Assembly (NCBI RefSeq): GCF_009914755.1
Contig: NC_060926.1
From: the human T2T-CHM13v2.0 reference genome, Homo sapiens
Strand: one strand, 5' to 3'
Length of the DNA stretch: 64,000 nt
Program-made: the position numbers and the translations under genes
The notes under the pieces: model-generated
Databases searched by the model: none
What the model saw: the letters and a program-made list of their open reading frames with translations, nothing else
Told to the model about the DNA's origin: nothing
Part shown: piece after piece, positions 1 through 12,325 of the stretch
How positions within the stretch are numbered: position 1 is the first letter of the stretch
Layout of the letters: each line of letters opens with the position of its first letter

Positions 1-2199
1 TCTGTGTACATTCTGGAGTTGTGTGAATGCATTAGTCTATGTTGTAGCCTCACACCAGGAGTTTCTCTTTCTAACTGGTTTATGTACCTCATTTTTCACA
101 GAGCAGCTTGTTTTGACCCGAGGCATATCTATGGCCAAAACGGAACAAGCCCTTATTGGAAAAATATGTCTGTATAATTAAATTCCAGTATTCACAATTT
201 CCAAAACCACTTTACAGAGAGAATATGATCAGTCAGTGTAGCAATCCCCAATACAAATTAAATTAAGCATTAGGGTCCATTTGAAATGGTTACAAGCGAT
301 ACAAGAAATCCAAAGCTTTTGTGGTCCATTCAAAATATTTCAAATGCTTGAAGAAATGACAGTATTGACTGAGGTATCAACTTGTTCTTTCATGCTAAGA
401 AAAGAAGTATTGAAAGTTGAGAAATCCTCTTGACAGGCTCATTGGCAGGGACAAGGGCATAAAATTACCATTATATTTGTTCTTTAATCCAAGGCCTAGC
501 AGAAAACCACAGACAAAATGGTCATCATGGCTCAAGGAAACTTATGACCCAGGCATGAAATACCAGTTGAACACTGGGCTCCGTCCCTTTGTACAGGTCG
601 GTGCCATTTTCGTATGTACTACATGTCATGTCTGGTCTGATTTTCTGAGTGTCTGTGATGTCAGCAAGTTTTTTCTGGCATTAAGATGTTTGCTGGTACC
701 CAACTATTCATTTCATCCTCCTTAAGTCTCTAGTGGTGACTTCCAGAAAGAAAAAATCAAAAGCAAGTTACATTATTTAAAGCCCAGCACCTATAATTGT
801 TAGTAGCATTATTTATACTTTCCTAAGTTGGAATCAAGTAGTTTGTTGACATATTAGTGTAAATACTACTCATAGTACTGAACAGCTGAGGTGCAGGGAT
901 AGGTAACAGGTTGGAAGTGAGCTCATCTGCAAGGACTCAAAAAACCTGGTTAGCTGAGAATGGCCAGTCTGGAAGTATGAATTGTTACACAAAATGGTCA
1001 GGCCACTATGCAAAGACTTTGTCCACATGACCATGGTGACCTAGTGCCTTTATTAACAGGACACTATGGTGGGGCCTTCACCACCAGTTTGGCTCCACAT
1101 CTAGAGAGAGATTAAATGCATTCTTTGTTTCAAGAGAGATTAGAAACCTGTAATCCAACAGGGTGTGTCCCAGAAGAAGCATCTTTCTTTAGAAACCTGA
1201 ATTCCATGAATGTTGGTTAGACAGTTCTTTTAGCCAAAGTACAGTGGTTAAGGATAGATTTATTCAGACTTCAGCTTCAATCCCTGATAAAAACAACAAC
1301 AAAATATGTTTCTACATGTAAGTAAACACACTCTAGATCCCAGTCCATCTACCCCAGGCAAACATGTTTATTTCCAACCTCACTCTTAGAAGTCTGAGAT
1401 TAAGAGAACTTTTATCCTTCTCCGTCTCCCCTTGTGTCTTCCCATTTCTCTGCTGGTGTCTTACCCCACAGCATTTTATGACAATTTTTCCAGAGTGCTA
1501 GGCTATTTGTCTTGCCCCTTCTTTATGTCTGGTCAAGAATAATCCATTTTCTCTCATTTTAGCCCTAGAACCTTCTAAATGTGTGAGTTTTAAACATTCT
1601 CTCCTCTTACATGCATTATATATTGTATATATGTTAGAAAATATGTATATAATGGGAAATATAGGATTAAGTCCATCAAGTATAGAAACATAGATAATAC
1701 TTTATTACTTTACACATTGAGGATATCATAGACCACCTTATGCATATTTGCTTTCTTTCCCAGACTTTGAGGACACCCTGTATATCTCCTATCCTCCCCA
1801 GCTCCATGGCAGAAATTGTTAGATTTTGAGGCTTTGGTCTGTATTAAAATTCAAAAAGCCCTGGCACAGGTTATCATATTAAGCTGTTTTTAGTCACATA
1901 CGACACAGTGAAGGAGTTTTATCTGCTCTTTCCTGAGAGCAAGTTTTGCCAGGACAGAGAATGGGGAGCATACACTGAAATGGGTACAGAAGATGGGAAG
2001 AATCACAGATGGTGCCTGAAGCAGAGGCTCTGGTCCCCCCAACACCGACTCTGTCTCATTACATTCCCAATTTCTGCCAGAAAGAAACTATCTGTGCCTA
2101 GTAGTTTAAGCCTCCCCTTGCTTTTTTGTTTCAGCCTGCCCAAGGACCAAGAAGTCCTAAGTTACCTCTTTCTTCTGGTATACTTTATTTTCAGTTTTT

Positions 2200-2520
2200 G
2201 CCCTCTATAGAGTGCCAGGCATTATGCTAGTTGCTGGTGGACATTGGCAAATTAAGCAGAACTCTGCCTTCATGGGGCTTATAATCTAGGACTAATAATA
2301 AATAGGCAAATAAACAAACATGTAATCAACTGTGATTCTCTCCATGAGGGAAACAAATGGGGTTCTGTGATTGGTAAAACTGATGAGTGAGTCATTATTA
2401 CAGACCGGGGAGAAGAGCTTCTCTGTGGAGATGAAGATGGAGGACAGAAGAGGCCACAAGTGGGCAGGAAGACGGGTGTTCCAGACAGGGGCACCAGCTA
2501 GTGTCGAAAACCATGACTCA
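2200..2520 (-). mobile_element. L2 LINE fragment (ancient)
   Basis: GTGCCAGGCATTATGCTAG...CTCTGCCTTCATGGGGCTTATAATCTAG resembles the reverse complement of the L2 3' region; boundaries approximate. Confidence 0.55.
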
Positions 2521-2557
2521 GAGGGCAAGCCAGTATTTAAAGAAAAATGAATAAAAA

Positions 2558-2885
2558 GTCCGGGTGCAGTGGCTCACATTTGCAATCCCACTACCTTGGG
2601 AGGCCGAGGCGGGTGGATCACTTGAGGTCAGGAGTTTGAGACCAGCCTGGCCAACATGGCAAAACCCTGTCTTTACTAAAAATACAAAAATTAACTGAGC
2701 GTGGTGGCCAGTGCCTGTAATCCCAGCTACTCGGGGGCGGAGGTGACAGAACTGCTTGAATCCAGGAGGCAGAGGTTGCAGTGAGCTGAGATCAGTGCCA
2801 CTGCACTCCAGCCTGGGCAACAGAGCAACACTCTGTCTCAAAAAAAAAAAAAAAAAAAGAAAGGAAAAAAAGAAAAAGAAAAAAA
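2558..2885 (+). mobile_element. Alu (AluS-type), full length with A-rich tail
   Basis: GTCCGGGTGCAGTGGCTCAC start, linker TACTAAAAATACAAAAATT, right arm, poly-A from ~2839. Confidence 0.95.
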
Positions 2886-2983
2886 TCGTGAATCGTAGAT
2901 TCTACCTGAGTCTTCAGCAAATGTTTTCCAGAAGTCAGTGCTCACTCATCTAAGTTTTCCAGCAAGGTTTGGTGGAAATGAAT

Positions 2984-3015
2984 GTGTGAGGGTGTGTGTG
3001 TGTGTGTGTGTGTGT
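2984..3015. repeat. (TG)n microsatellite
   Basis: Visible TG run. Confidence 0.9.
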
Positions 3016-3559
3016 AGCAAATAAACAAACATGTAACCTCCAAGCTCAGTTATTCTTCTCTTTGTTTTATAGTTCTCCACCTATGAACTATGGACTATAA
3101 ACTATGTTTTATAGTTCTCCAACCAGTTGACTAGTAGGCTGGGGAACATTTGAGTAGGATAGTAGAATGCTATGTTTAATTTTTCTTCTTTATCCTTATT
3201 TTGTACTATTGCAAACCAGAGGCCAAGAAAAGAAAAAAGAAAAAAAAAAAGAAAGAAAATTCCTGAAATCTAAGCAAAACACAATTTCCCAATAAAGAAA
3301 GAAGCTTTTTGCTTTTCTTTGAATTCTAGAAACTTTGTCTCACTACTCTTTCTGTTTCTATTACATTTTTGAGTGTCTGGGTTTCCATCTCCAATTAGCA
3401 AATACCTCAGAGAAGGGGAATAGTCGGTTGGGGGAAGAGGTTTGTAAATGTGCTGTGTGCCTCAGTAGGACCTTGTGTAGGAAAGAGAAGAATAACTGAA
3501 CTTGGAGGTTATATTCAGCATTCTGGTGCTGTGATTGCCAGGAAGTTTGTGTATTTTGG

Positions 3560-4075
3560 ACTAGCTGTCTCTTGTGTGTGGCTCCCAGCCTATCTTCCTT
3601 TGGAAAGCTGTCCTTCCCTCCATGTTGGTAGGATAAGAGCCCTGTTTTCCCCTGACACTAGGGTGGACACATGACCCAAGACTGGCCAATCAGAGTAGCC
3701 CATTACTCTGACTGTGGTAATTGGCTCAGCCATGAGCACATGACTCAAACAGGCCCACCAAAACCCTGCCTTGCGATGCGATCTGTGAAAGCAGAAAAAG
3801 AGTCTCTCTCTTCTTTGAGGGCCAGGAGTTATAAGGGCAAGGTGGTCTTGGGGTTATGAGCAGACATCTTGCTGGTGATAGACGGAGAGAGAGCCTAAGA
3901 TTGAAACCCAGCAGAGGTATATGGAGAGAGAGGGAGAAGAGAGTACAGGAATCACAAACTGGGGCCCAGATCTTATCATACTGAAACCAGATACACATTT
4001 CAGATTTCCCAGCCAATACATTACTTTTTTTTTTTTTTGCTTAAGTGCTAGTTTGAGTTGTTTCCATCTTTTGTG
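3560..4075 (+). mobile_element. Ancient ERVL-class solo LTR (LTR16/LTR33-like)
   Basis: CACATGACCCAAGACTGGCCAATCAGAG motif and 3' TTGCTTAAGTGCTAGTTTGAGTTG end typical of the LTR16/LTR33 group. Confidence 0.55.
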
Positions 4076-4077
4076 TA

Positions 4078-4078
4078 G

Positions 4079-4112
<34 letters not shown>

Positions 4113-4118
4113 ACACTC
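4078..4118. repeat. (CA)n microsatellite
   Basis: Visible CA run. Confidence 0.9.
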
Positions 4119-6572
4119 ACATATTCATTTCCACCAAACCTTGTTGGAAAAATTAGATATAAATTCATGTATACTTTCCATCCACCACCAAACATTGGCC
4201 ATTTCTCATGTAGGACAGTTAGGTAGCTTTTCTGGACTCAAATATATAACAGAAAACTTTCCATTCTTCAAGTACAGATTATTATCCAGAAGAAAAGTCA
4301 AAGCATATGTTTGTATCTGTGATAAGAACAAACAGTGCCGAGAGTGAGTTGCTTAATGGAAATTAATTTTCATTTTGAATGTACTTTATTACAACTTCAT
4401 TACCTAATTAGAAGTGGTATTTTCAGCCAACTCTTTGTTCTTATTCATAACAAGAAAACCTATTTTTCCTTAGGTTGATAAACAAGTGAATATTTTTTTT
4501 CCTATATCTTAAGTTTAAAAAGAAAAGTCATAAACTGGGGAGCTCGGTGGGCTGTATTTGTGACTTGTACAAAATGATCCCACTTCCTGAGCCATTGAAA
4601 GACAAATTGCTGTTGAAAACAGTGTTCTGGTTGTTGCCAGGCCGCTTAAGCTAATACTGAAGATGAGTCATTAGATATAAACCCTAGGAAGTGAAGACTC
4701 AGAAGGAGAGGAGATGGACCTGTGACCTCCTTTTCCATCCTCATTCACTGCAGTAAAGAAGGAAAACCCAACCATATAGATAAATTGGAAGCCCTGGGAG
4801 TCCTAACTTTAGACCTACTTCTACCAACGTTAAGAAACTGAATAAGGAAATTCTTTAGCCTCTCTCAGTTTCTGTACTACAAGTGGGATTGTCTAAGGGT
4901 TCTGGTGATGATTCCATTGAAAAATCTTGGATTAATAAAGCAGCCAACAGCAGACTTTTTTAGTGATCTTAACACTTCACGACTTGAAACACCACTTAGA
5001 GAAAATGCCACGAGTCTCAGGAAATTATTACCATGTTACCTTGGAATACTAATTGTAGTTCTGCAAAGTCAGGTTGCCCTGGAAAGTCCTAGAATTCTGT
5101 TTAATACGGTAGTATTCTTTTTCTTTGTCTCCATTAATCATTTAGTGAAAGTGACCAAATATAATATTATGAAGCTCTGAGGCAAGTCAGAAACTATTTG
5201 AGCTGGAAGAGAATATAACCTATTAACTTTCTAAATGAATGAAGAGTAACTCATAGCAGTTGTGAGATTTGCTCAAAAGGTCTGATTGTTGTTTAGGGGT
5301 AGCTCAGGCACCAGGATTAAGTGTTTATTAAGTGTTTGTCACGCATTCTGCTCACCAGCTTCCATCAGCCTTTCTCAAAGCATGTGCCTTCGAATACTAG
5401 TGAGCAGATATTTTGTACAAAAGACTTTATATTTTGTACAAGACTATATTTTGTACAAAAAGACTTTACTAGACAAATGTATTTGGGAAGTAGCATGTAC
5501 TGTAGCTCTTCTTGGAGCATACTAAAGACCAACAAAAAAGGTTATTTACCTATACTTATCAGAGAGTTTTCCCAGAATGTTTGGCTAAGGAAAGCTTCTT
5601 CTGTGGAACACTCACTCAACATGAGTAGGTCAAGTTTTCCATGCGAGAAAGACTTGTAAGTCTGATTGGTATTTGTTCTGCCTCGTAAACTCAAGCTTCT
5701 GGGTACATTTTAAACTCTGTTCTGGGGTTTATTGGGCCAGCTTAAAATATAAAAATGCTAAATTAAAAAATTAAATATTCTACTAGGGGAAAATTTCAGG
5801 CATATTGTTTCCAGCATTTTAACAGCAAAATACCAAAATGCCATAACTTAGGAAATACCAAAGTGCCATAACTCAGTGAAATTTAGCATGTGGTTTTTGG
5901 AATCAAACACTCTGACAATTAACTGTCTGAGTAAGCTTGAAATATGAGCCCATGAGTCAGGATGACCAAGCCAGCTCTACATGGGTGTGCCTAGTAGACA
6001 AAGAATTATTAGTAACACTAAGTGGGCCTATTAGCCAATACTATCACACGTCTTCTAGTAAAATTGCTATATTTCACTAGGAGATGTGCAATTCATATGG
6101 CTTCAGGGACCAGGCAGTTGCCTACATTGAGAAAAACACAATAAGGAGTAGAAAGGACCATTTCGATTTGGGGACCACCTGCCCCCTAAAAACAAAAGAA
6201 AGAAATTACACTATATCATCCAAGTAAGATTCATTTGTGGGCTGAATTATTACATGGGCTGACTATGTGCTCTGTGTTAGCCTTAAAAGTGTAGGCATGA
6301 TTTCAGCAATAGCAGCTAGAGTGATCCTAGGAAATTGTGCCATTCTGCTACCTCGTAGGATCAGGGAGCAGAGGAAACAGCATATCAGCGTCAGGATTTA
6401 GGATTCAAGATTATAATCCATGAGCTTTATCTTACAAACAATATGTGGATTTGCCATTCCTATGAAATTAGCAGAGAAGGAAATATATTTATCATCCAAA
6501 CCAGCCTGATCATTATTGATTTGTTTGTTAGTTCAGAGAAATCTAGAGGAGCCCTACTTCTGGGGCATTATT

Positions 6573-6971
6573 TTTCACTCGCGTCCATGTGAAGAGACCA
6601 CCAAACAGGCTTTGTGTGAGCAATAAAGCTTTTTAATCACCTGGGTGCAGGCAGGCTGAGTCTGAAAAGAGAGTCAGTGAAGGGAGATGGGGTGGGGACA
6701 TTTTATAAGATTTGGGTGGGTAGTGGAAAATTATAGTCAAAGGGGGTTGTTCTCTGGCAGGCAGCGGTGGGGGTCACAAGGTGCTCAGTGGGGGAGCTTT
6801 TGAGCCAGGATGAGCCAGGAGAAGGAATTTCATAAGGTAATGTCATCAGTTAAGGCAGGGACTGGCAATTTTCACTTCTTTTGTGATTCTTCAGTTACTT
6901 CAGGCCATCTGGATGTATACGTGCAGGTCACAGGAGATATGATGGCTTAGCTTGGTCTCAGAGGCCTGACA
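6573..6971 (-). mobile_element. HERV-H 3' LTR (LTR7 family), 399 bp
   Basis: Minus strand reads TGTCAGGCCTCTGAG...GGACGCGAGTGAAA; TATA-like TATAAAA and polyA signal ATTAAA present. Confidence 0.96.
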
Positions 6972-6984
6972 TTCCTGTCTTCTT
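6972..6984 (-). other. HERV-H polypurine tract
   Basis: AAGAAGACAGGAA directly abutting the 3' LTR on the minus strand. Confidence 0.85.
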
Positions 6985-7399
6985 ATATTAATAAGAAAAA
7001 TAAAACGAAATAGTGGTAAAGTGTTGGGGCAGCGAAAATTTTGGGGGGTCGTATGGAGAGATAATGGGCGATGTTTCTCAGGGCTGCTTCAAGCGGGATT
7101 GGGGCAACGTGTGAACCTAGAGTGGGAGAGATTAAGCTGAAGGAAGATTGTGTGGTAAGGGGCGATATTGTGGGGTTGTTAAAAGGAGCATTTGTCATAC
7201 AGAATGATTGGTGATGGCCTGGATGCAGTTTTGTATGAATTGAGAGACTAAACAGAAGACACAAGGTCCGAATAAGAGAAGGAGAAAAACAGGTATTAAA
7301 GGACTAAGAATTGGGAGGGCCCAGAACATCCAATTAGAGAGTGCATAAGGGGGTTCAGCCTAATTACTTGCATGGTTGGCAAGTTTTTGGGCTGTATCC

Positions 7400-9850
7400 T
7401 TGACAGAGTCCTCCTTTTTAAGTTGGAGGCTGAGCTTAGTGAGGTGTGTTTCTAAAAGACCATTAGTGTGTTCTACCTTTCCTGAAGATTGAGGCATAAG
7501 GGGTATGAAGTTTCCACTGAATACCAAGAGCCTGAGAAACTGCTTGGGTGATTTGACTAATAAAGGCCAGTCTGTTATTGGACTGTATAGAGGTGGGAAG
7601 GCCAAACCGAGGAATTATGTCTGACAGAAGGGAAGAAATGACCGTGGTGGCCTTTTCAGACCATGTAGGAAAGGCCTCTACCCATCCAGTGAAAGTGTCT
7701 ACCCAGACCAAGAGGTATTTTAGTTTCCTGACTTGGGGCATGTGAGTAAAGTCAATTTGCCAGTCCTGGACAGGGGCAAATCCCTGAGCTTGATGTGTAG
7801 GGAAGGGAGGGGTCCTGAGAAATCCCTGAGGATTAGTAGAATAGCAGATGGAATACTGAGAAGTGATTTCCTTAAGGATAGATTCTCATGATGGAAAGGA
7901 AATGAGAGGTTCTAAGAGATGGGCTAGCAGCTTGTAACCTACATGGAAGAGGTTATGAAATGATGACAGAATAGAATGGGCCTGTGAGGCTGGAAGGAGA
8001 TATTTTCCTTGGTCCAAGAACCATTTGCCTTGGGTGGGAGAGATTGATAGGTGGAAGTTTTAGTGGGAGTAGGTGGGAGTGGCCAGATGAGAAGGAGAAA
8101 AACTGCCGTGAGGGATAGAAGTTGGAACGCCAGCTGCTTTTTTAGTTACCTTATCAGCATAAGCATTGTCCTGAGCAATGGGATCAGCCTTTTGATGGCT
8201 GCTTTTTTAGCTACCTTATCAGCATAAGTGTTGTCCTAAGTGATGGGATCTGATGCCTTTTGATGGCCCTTGCTGTCAATGACTCCAGCTTCCTTTGGAA
8301 GTAAAGCAGTTTTGAGAAGAGTTTTTATTAAAGAGGCGTTAATGATGGAGGACCCTTGTGTAGTGAGAAAACCTCTTTCAGCCCGTATAACAGCATGGTG
8401 GTGCAGGATATGGAAGGCATATTTAGAGTCAGTATAAATATTGACATGTAGTACCTTTGCAAGAGTGAGGGCCCGAGTTAAGGCAATGAGTTTGGCTTGC
8501 TGAGAGGTGGTGGAGGGGGGCAGAGTGGTAGCCAGATGTGGAAGATACTATAGCATGGCCTACCTTTGCTGGTGAGTGGCAGCGATTAAGCCTGGTGGAA
8601 CTGCCATCAATAAACCAGGTGTGATCAGGATGAGGAACAGGAAAGAAGGAAATATGGGGAAATGGAGTGAATGTCAGGTGGATCAGAGAGATACAGTCAT
8701 GGGGGTCAGGTGTGGTATCCGGAATAATGTGGGAGGCCAGATTGAAGTCTGGGCCAGGGACAATGGTAATTGTGGGAGACTCAACAAAGAGTGAGTATAG
8801 CTGAAGGAGCCAGGCAGCAGAAAGTATATGTGTCAGGTGGGAGGAAGAAAATAGATTTTGGAAGTTATGAGAACTGTAGAGAGTGAGTTGAGCATAGTTT
8901 GTGAATTTGAGGGCCTCTAAAAGTATTAAAGCAGTGGCAACCACCGCACGCAGACATGAGGGCTAGGCTAAAACAGTAAGGTCAAGTTGTTTGGACAGAA
9001 AGGCTCCAGGGCGTGGTCCCGGCTTTTGTGTAAGAACTCCAACCGCACAGCCCTGCACTTTGGCTGTGTGTGATGAAAAAGGGTTGGGATGAGTTATGGA
9101 AAGCCAGTGTGGGAGCAGCTTCTAGGTCTGTTTTTAAGGAACGGAAAGGAGTAGGGAAAGGATTTAGGATCTGTGGGGTCAACTAGGTTTGCTTTTGTGA
9201 GTTTATATAATGGTTTAGTCAGGATGGTAAAACTAAGTATCCAAAGGCGGAAGTACCTAACCATGCCTAGGAAGGAAAGGAGTTGTTGTTTTGTAGAAGG
9301 AATTGGGGTTTTGGAGATTAGCCAGATGTGATCAGCAGGGAGAGCACGTGTGTTTTCACGAAGAATTATGCTGAGATAGGTAATGGATGAGGAAGAAATT
9401 TGGGCTTGACTGAAGTAATGGGGGCTGTCTGTGAAGCCTTGCAGCAGTACAGTCCAGGTAATTTGCTGAGCCTGATGAGTGTCAGGGTCAGTCTAAGTGA
9501 AAGTGAAGAGAGGCTGGGATGAAGGGTGCAAAGGAATAGTAAAGAAAGCATGAGATCCAGAACAGAATAATGGGTTGTGGAGGGAGGTATTGAGGATAGG
9601 AGAGTATATGGCTTTGGCACCATGGGGTAGATAGGCAAGAAAATTTGGTTGATAATGTGTAGATCCTGAACTAACCTGTAAGGCTTGTCTGGTTTTAGGA
9701 CAGGTAAAATGGGGGAATTGTAAGGAGAGTTTATAGGCTTTAAAAGGCCATGCTGTAGCGGGTGAGTGATAACAGACTTCAATCCTTTTAAAGCGTACTG
9801 TGGGATGGGATATTGGCGTTGAGCGGGGTAAGGGTGATTAGGTTTTAATG
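7400..9850 (-). pseudogene. pol: HERV-H pol remnant (RT, RNase H, integrase), frameshifted and deleted
   Basis: RT: SPYNSPILPVLKPDKPYRLVQDL...YSVLDL (ORF 9366-9782). The PHYFSQA|QISS junction at ~9405 lacks the YxDD segment. RNase H: TWFIDGSS (8429-8944). Integrase: LLVWVDTFTGWVEAF, SIQSNN (second D now N) and PQSSGKVE (7360-7741). Confidence 0.92.
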
Positions 9851-9899
9851 GGATGGTGAGGGCATGTGATCGGTTGCTAGGGAGGGAATGGAGGTGTCC

Positions 9900-10257
9900 T
9901 ATACTTGTGGGTTAAGGTTAGGGGATACAAGGGAAGGATGTGAAGAAGGCTCTGAACTGGAGGAAACGGCGGCAATGAGATGTAGCTGTAGTCGAGGAAT
10001 AGTCAGGGAAGCAGATAATTTAGTTAAAATGTCTCAACCTAATAAGGGAACTGGGCAGGTGGGGATAACTAAAAGGAGTGCTTAAAAGAGTATTGTCTAA
10101 GTTGGCACCAGAATTGGGGAGTTTTAAGAGGTTTAGAAGCCTGGCTGTCAATACCCACAACAGTTATGGAGGCAAAGGAAACAGGCCCTTGAAAAGAAGG
10201 TAATGTGGATTCGGTAGCCTCTGTATTGATTAAGAAGGGTGTGGACTTACCCTCCAC
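9900..10257 (-). pseudogene. pro: HERV-H protease remnant
   Basis: FLINTEATESTLPSFQGP (degenerate DTGA active site); 3' boundary approximate. Confidence 0.8.
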
Positions 10258-10259
10258 TG

Positions 10260-11560
10260 TGAGAGTTACCCAAAGCTCGGCATCTGTGATGGTCTACAGG
10301 GCTTCCGAGGCGATCGGGCAGCATCAGTCTTCAGCTGCTAAGCTGAGAAGACCTGGGAAGGAGTCAGTCAGAGAGCCTTGGGCCAGAGTTCCAGGGACTC
10401 TGGAAGTGGCTGCCAGGTGAGTTGAACAGTCTGGTTTTCAGTGGGGTCCCGCACAGATGGGACATGGCTTAGGAGGAATTCTGGGCTGCGGGCATTCCTT
10501 GGCCCAGTGGCCAGATTTCCAGCACTTGTAGCAAGCTCCCGGGGGAAGAGATTTTGGGGGAACCCCTGGCAGCTGTGGTTCAGGTGTTTGGAGTTCTTGT
10601 GTGCTGGAGATGTGGCTGGGGTTTGTCTCACAGTGGAGGCAAGGAATTGCAACTCAGAAATATGTTGCTACTTGGCTGCCTCTACTCTATTATCTTACAC
10701 CTTGAAAGCGAGGTTAATTAAGTGCTGTTGTGGGGTTTGAGGGCTGGAATTTAATCTTTGGAGTTTTATTTAATGTCGGGAGCAAATTGGGTAATAAAAC
10801 GTATATTGAGAATAAGATGGCCTTTTGACCTTTTAGGGTCTAGGGCTGTAAAGCATCTCCGGGTTGCTGCCAAATGAGCCATGAACTGGGCTGGGTTTTA
10901 TATTTGATGAAAAAGAGCCTGAACGCTAACTGATTTGGGAGAGGTGGGATAAAGAAAAAGGAGTATTAGCCTTAACTATGCCTTTAGCTGCAGTGGCCTC
11001 TTTAAGAGGAAATTGTTGGGCAGGTGGGGGAGGGCTAGAAACTGTAAGCCAGACCAGGTGTGAGGAGGGGAGGTGATAAAAGGATTATAGGGTGGAGAAG
11101 CCGAGGCTGAGGAAGAATTGGGACCTGGCTCGGCCTGGCGAGGAGCAGCCTGGGGAGGAGGGGAGAGGTCAGATGAGTCTGTAGAAAAGGAAGATTGGGA
11201 AGACTCAGTGACGCTTGGGGTTGGGACTAAGGGGAGAGGCAGGAGGGAAAGAAGGAGGATTTGGGAGGAATCACATTGGGAACAGAGACTAGGGAGGGAA
11301 CAAAGTGTGAAAAATGCCTGGATGTAAGGCACCTCAGACCATTTGCCCATTTGTTGACAAAAATTATTTAGGTCTTGTAGGACGGAGAAATCGAAAGTGC
11401 CATTTTCTGGCCATTTAGAGCCATTGTCAAGTTTGTATTGGGGCCAAGTGGTGTTGCAGAAGAAAATAAGGCATTTAGGTTTTAGGTCAGGTGTGAGTTG
11501 AAGAGGTTTTAAGTTTTTGAGAACACTGGCTCAGGGAGAAGAGAGAGGAATGGAGGGTGG
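10260..11560 (-). pseudogene. gag: HERV-H gag remnant with two CCHC zinc knuckles
   Basis: CYKCWKSGHWAKEC at 10492-10533; second knuckle CPICAGPH*KPDC with a stop at ~10440; GKWSEVPYIQAFF and PPPY-like ASPPYNP in ORF 10976-11350. Confidence 0.88.
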
Positions 11561-11604
11561 AAGGTTGCCCATAGTGAAGGAGGCAAGCCCAGAGAAAAGA
11601 GAGA

Positions 11605-11870
11605 GTAGAGACATGGAGAGAAGGGGTGGGGGGGTGCTTGCCCCCCAGAAAAGCAGAAAAGTGGTAGAGACACAGAGAGAAGGGGTTGGGGGTGCTTGCC
11701 CCCCAGGAAAGTGGAGAAGGGGTGGGAGGTGCTTGCCCCCCAGGAAAGTGGAAAAGTGCTAGAGACATAGAGAGAAGGGGTGGGGGTGCTTGTCCCCCAG
11801 AAAAGTGGTAAAGGAGTAGAGACACGGAGAGAAGGGGTGAGCGGTCCTTGCCCCCCAGAAAAGCAGGGTG
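11605..11870. repeat. G-rich tandem repeat in the HERV-H leader/pre-gag region (~5 units of 35-60 bp)
   Basis: Recurring GAGAAGGGGTGGG..GTGCTTGCCCCCCAG(A/G)AAAG. Confidence 0.85.
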
Positions 11871-12173
11871 CTTGCTGCTAAGGGTGAAGGACCAAGGAAG
11901 GTGTCCCCGCATGATCAGACACCTCTGAAATGTGGGTGAATAATCAAGCAGGTGTCCCCGCATGATTAAACATCAAGGGAAGACTGTCTTCCCAAGTCCG
12001 TGACTGGCGCTGGAGTTTTGGGTTCACGGATAAAATGTGCCTCCTCTGTGTCTGTACCAGAAAAGGAAAGGAATTGAAATTTAGAGAAGGGAGAGATTGA
12101 AGGATGGCACCTAGATTGGAGAAAGAGGTTGAGGGATAGTAAAAGAGGGTGGAGAAGAGAGTAAAGAGAGGCC

Positions 12174-12182
12174 GCTTACTGG
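12174..12182 (-). promoter_or_regulatory. HERV-H leader major splice donor (variant)
   Basis: Minus strand AAATCCA|GTAAGCGGCC, ~145 nt downstream of the 5' LTR, at the position of the HERV-H donor (recalled consensus CCG|GTAAGC). Confidence 0.65.
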
Positions 12183-12305
12183 ATTTAAAATTGGTGAGAT
12201 GTTCCTTGGGCTGGTTGGCCTGAGGGCCCGAGGTTGTAGGTGGATCTTTCTCACAGAGTAAAGAGCAGGAGGACAGGGGATTGATCTCCCAAGGGAGGTC
12301 CCCCG

Positions 12306-12323
12306 ATCTGAGTCACGGTACCA
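12306..12323 (-). other. Primer-binding site for tRNA-His
   Basis: TGGTACCGTGACTCAGAT versus TGGTGCCGTGACTCGGAT (16/18), 2 nt from the 5' LTR. Confidence 0.92.
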
Positions 12324-12325
12324 AA

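Noticed and set aside
417-725. 102-aa ORF in non-repetitive sequence
   Set aside because: TTG start, no recognisable domain or splice context; length compatible with chance.
2380-5960. Several AP-1 motifs (TGAGTCA/TGACTCA) in the first 6 kb
   Set aside because: The window-wide count of this 7-mer is close to chance; an enhancer cannot be supported without chromatin data.
6983-7400. Possible HERV-H env gene
   Set aside because: Only ~400 bp lie between the integrase and the PPT; env is essentially deleted.
11605-11870. Repeat-spacer appearance suggesting a CRISPR-like array
   Set aside because: Eukaryotic ERV leader; the 'spacers' are similar to each other and there are no cas genes.
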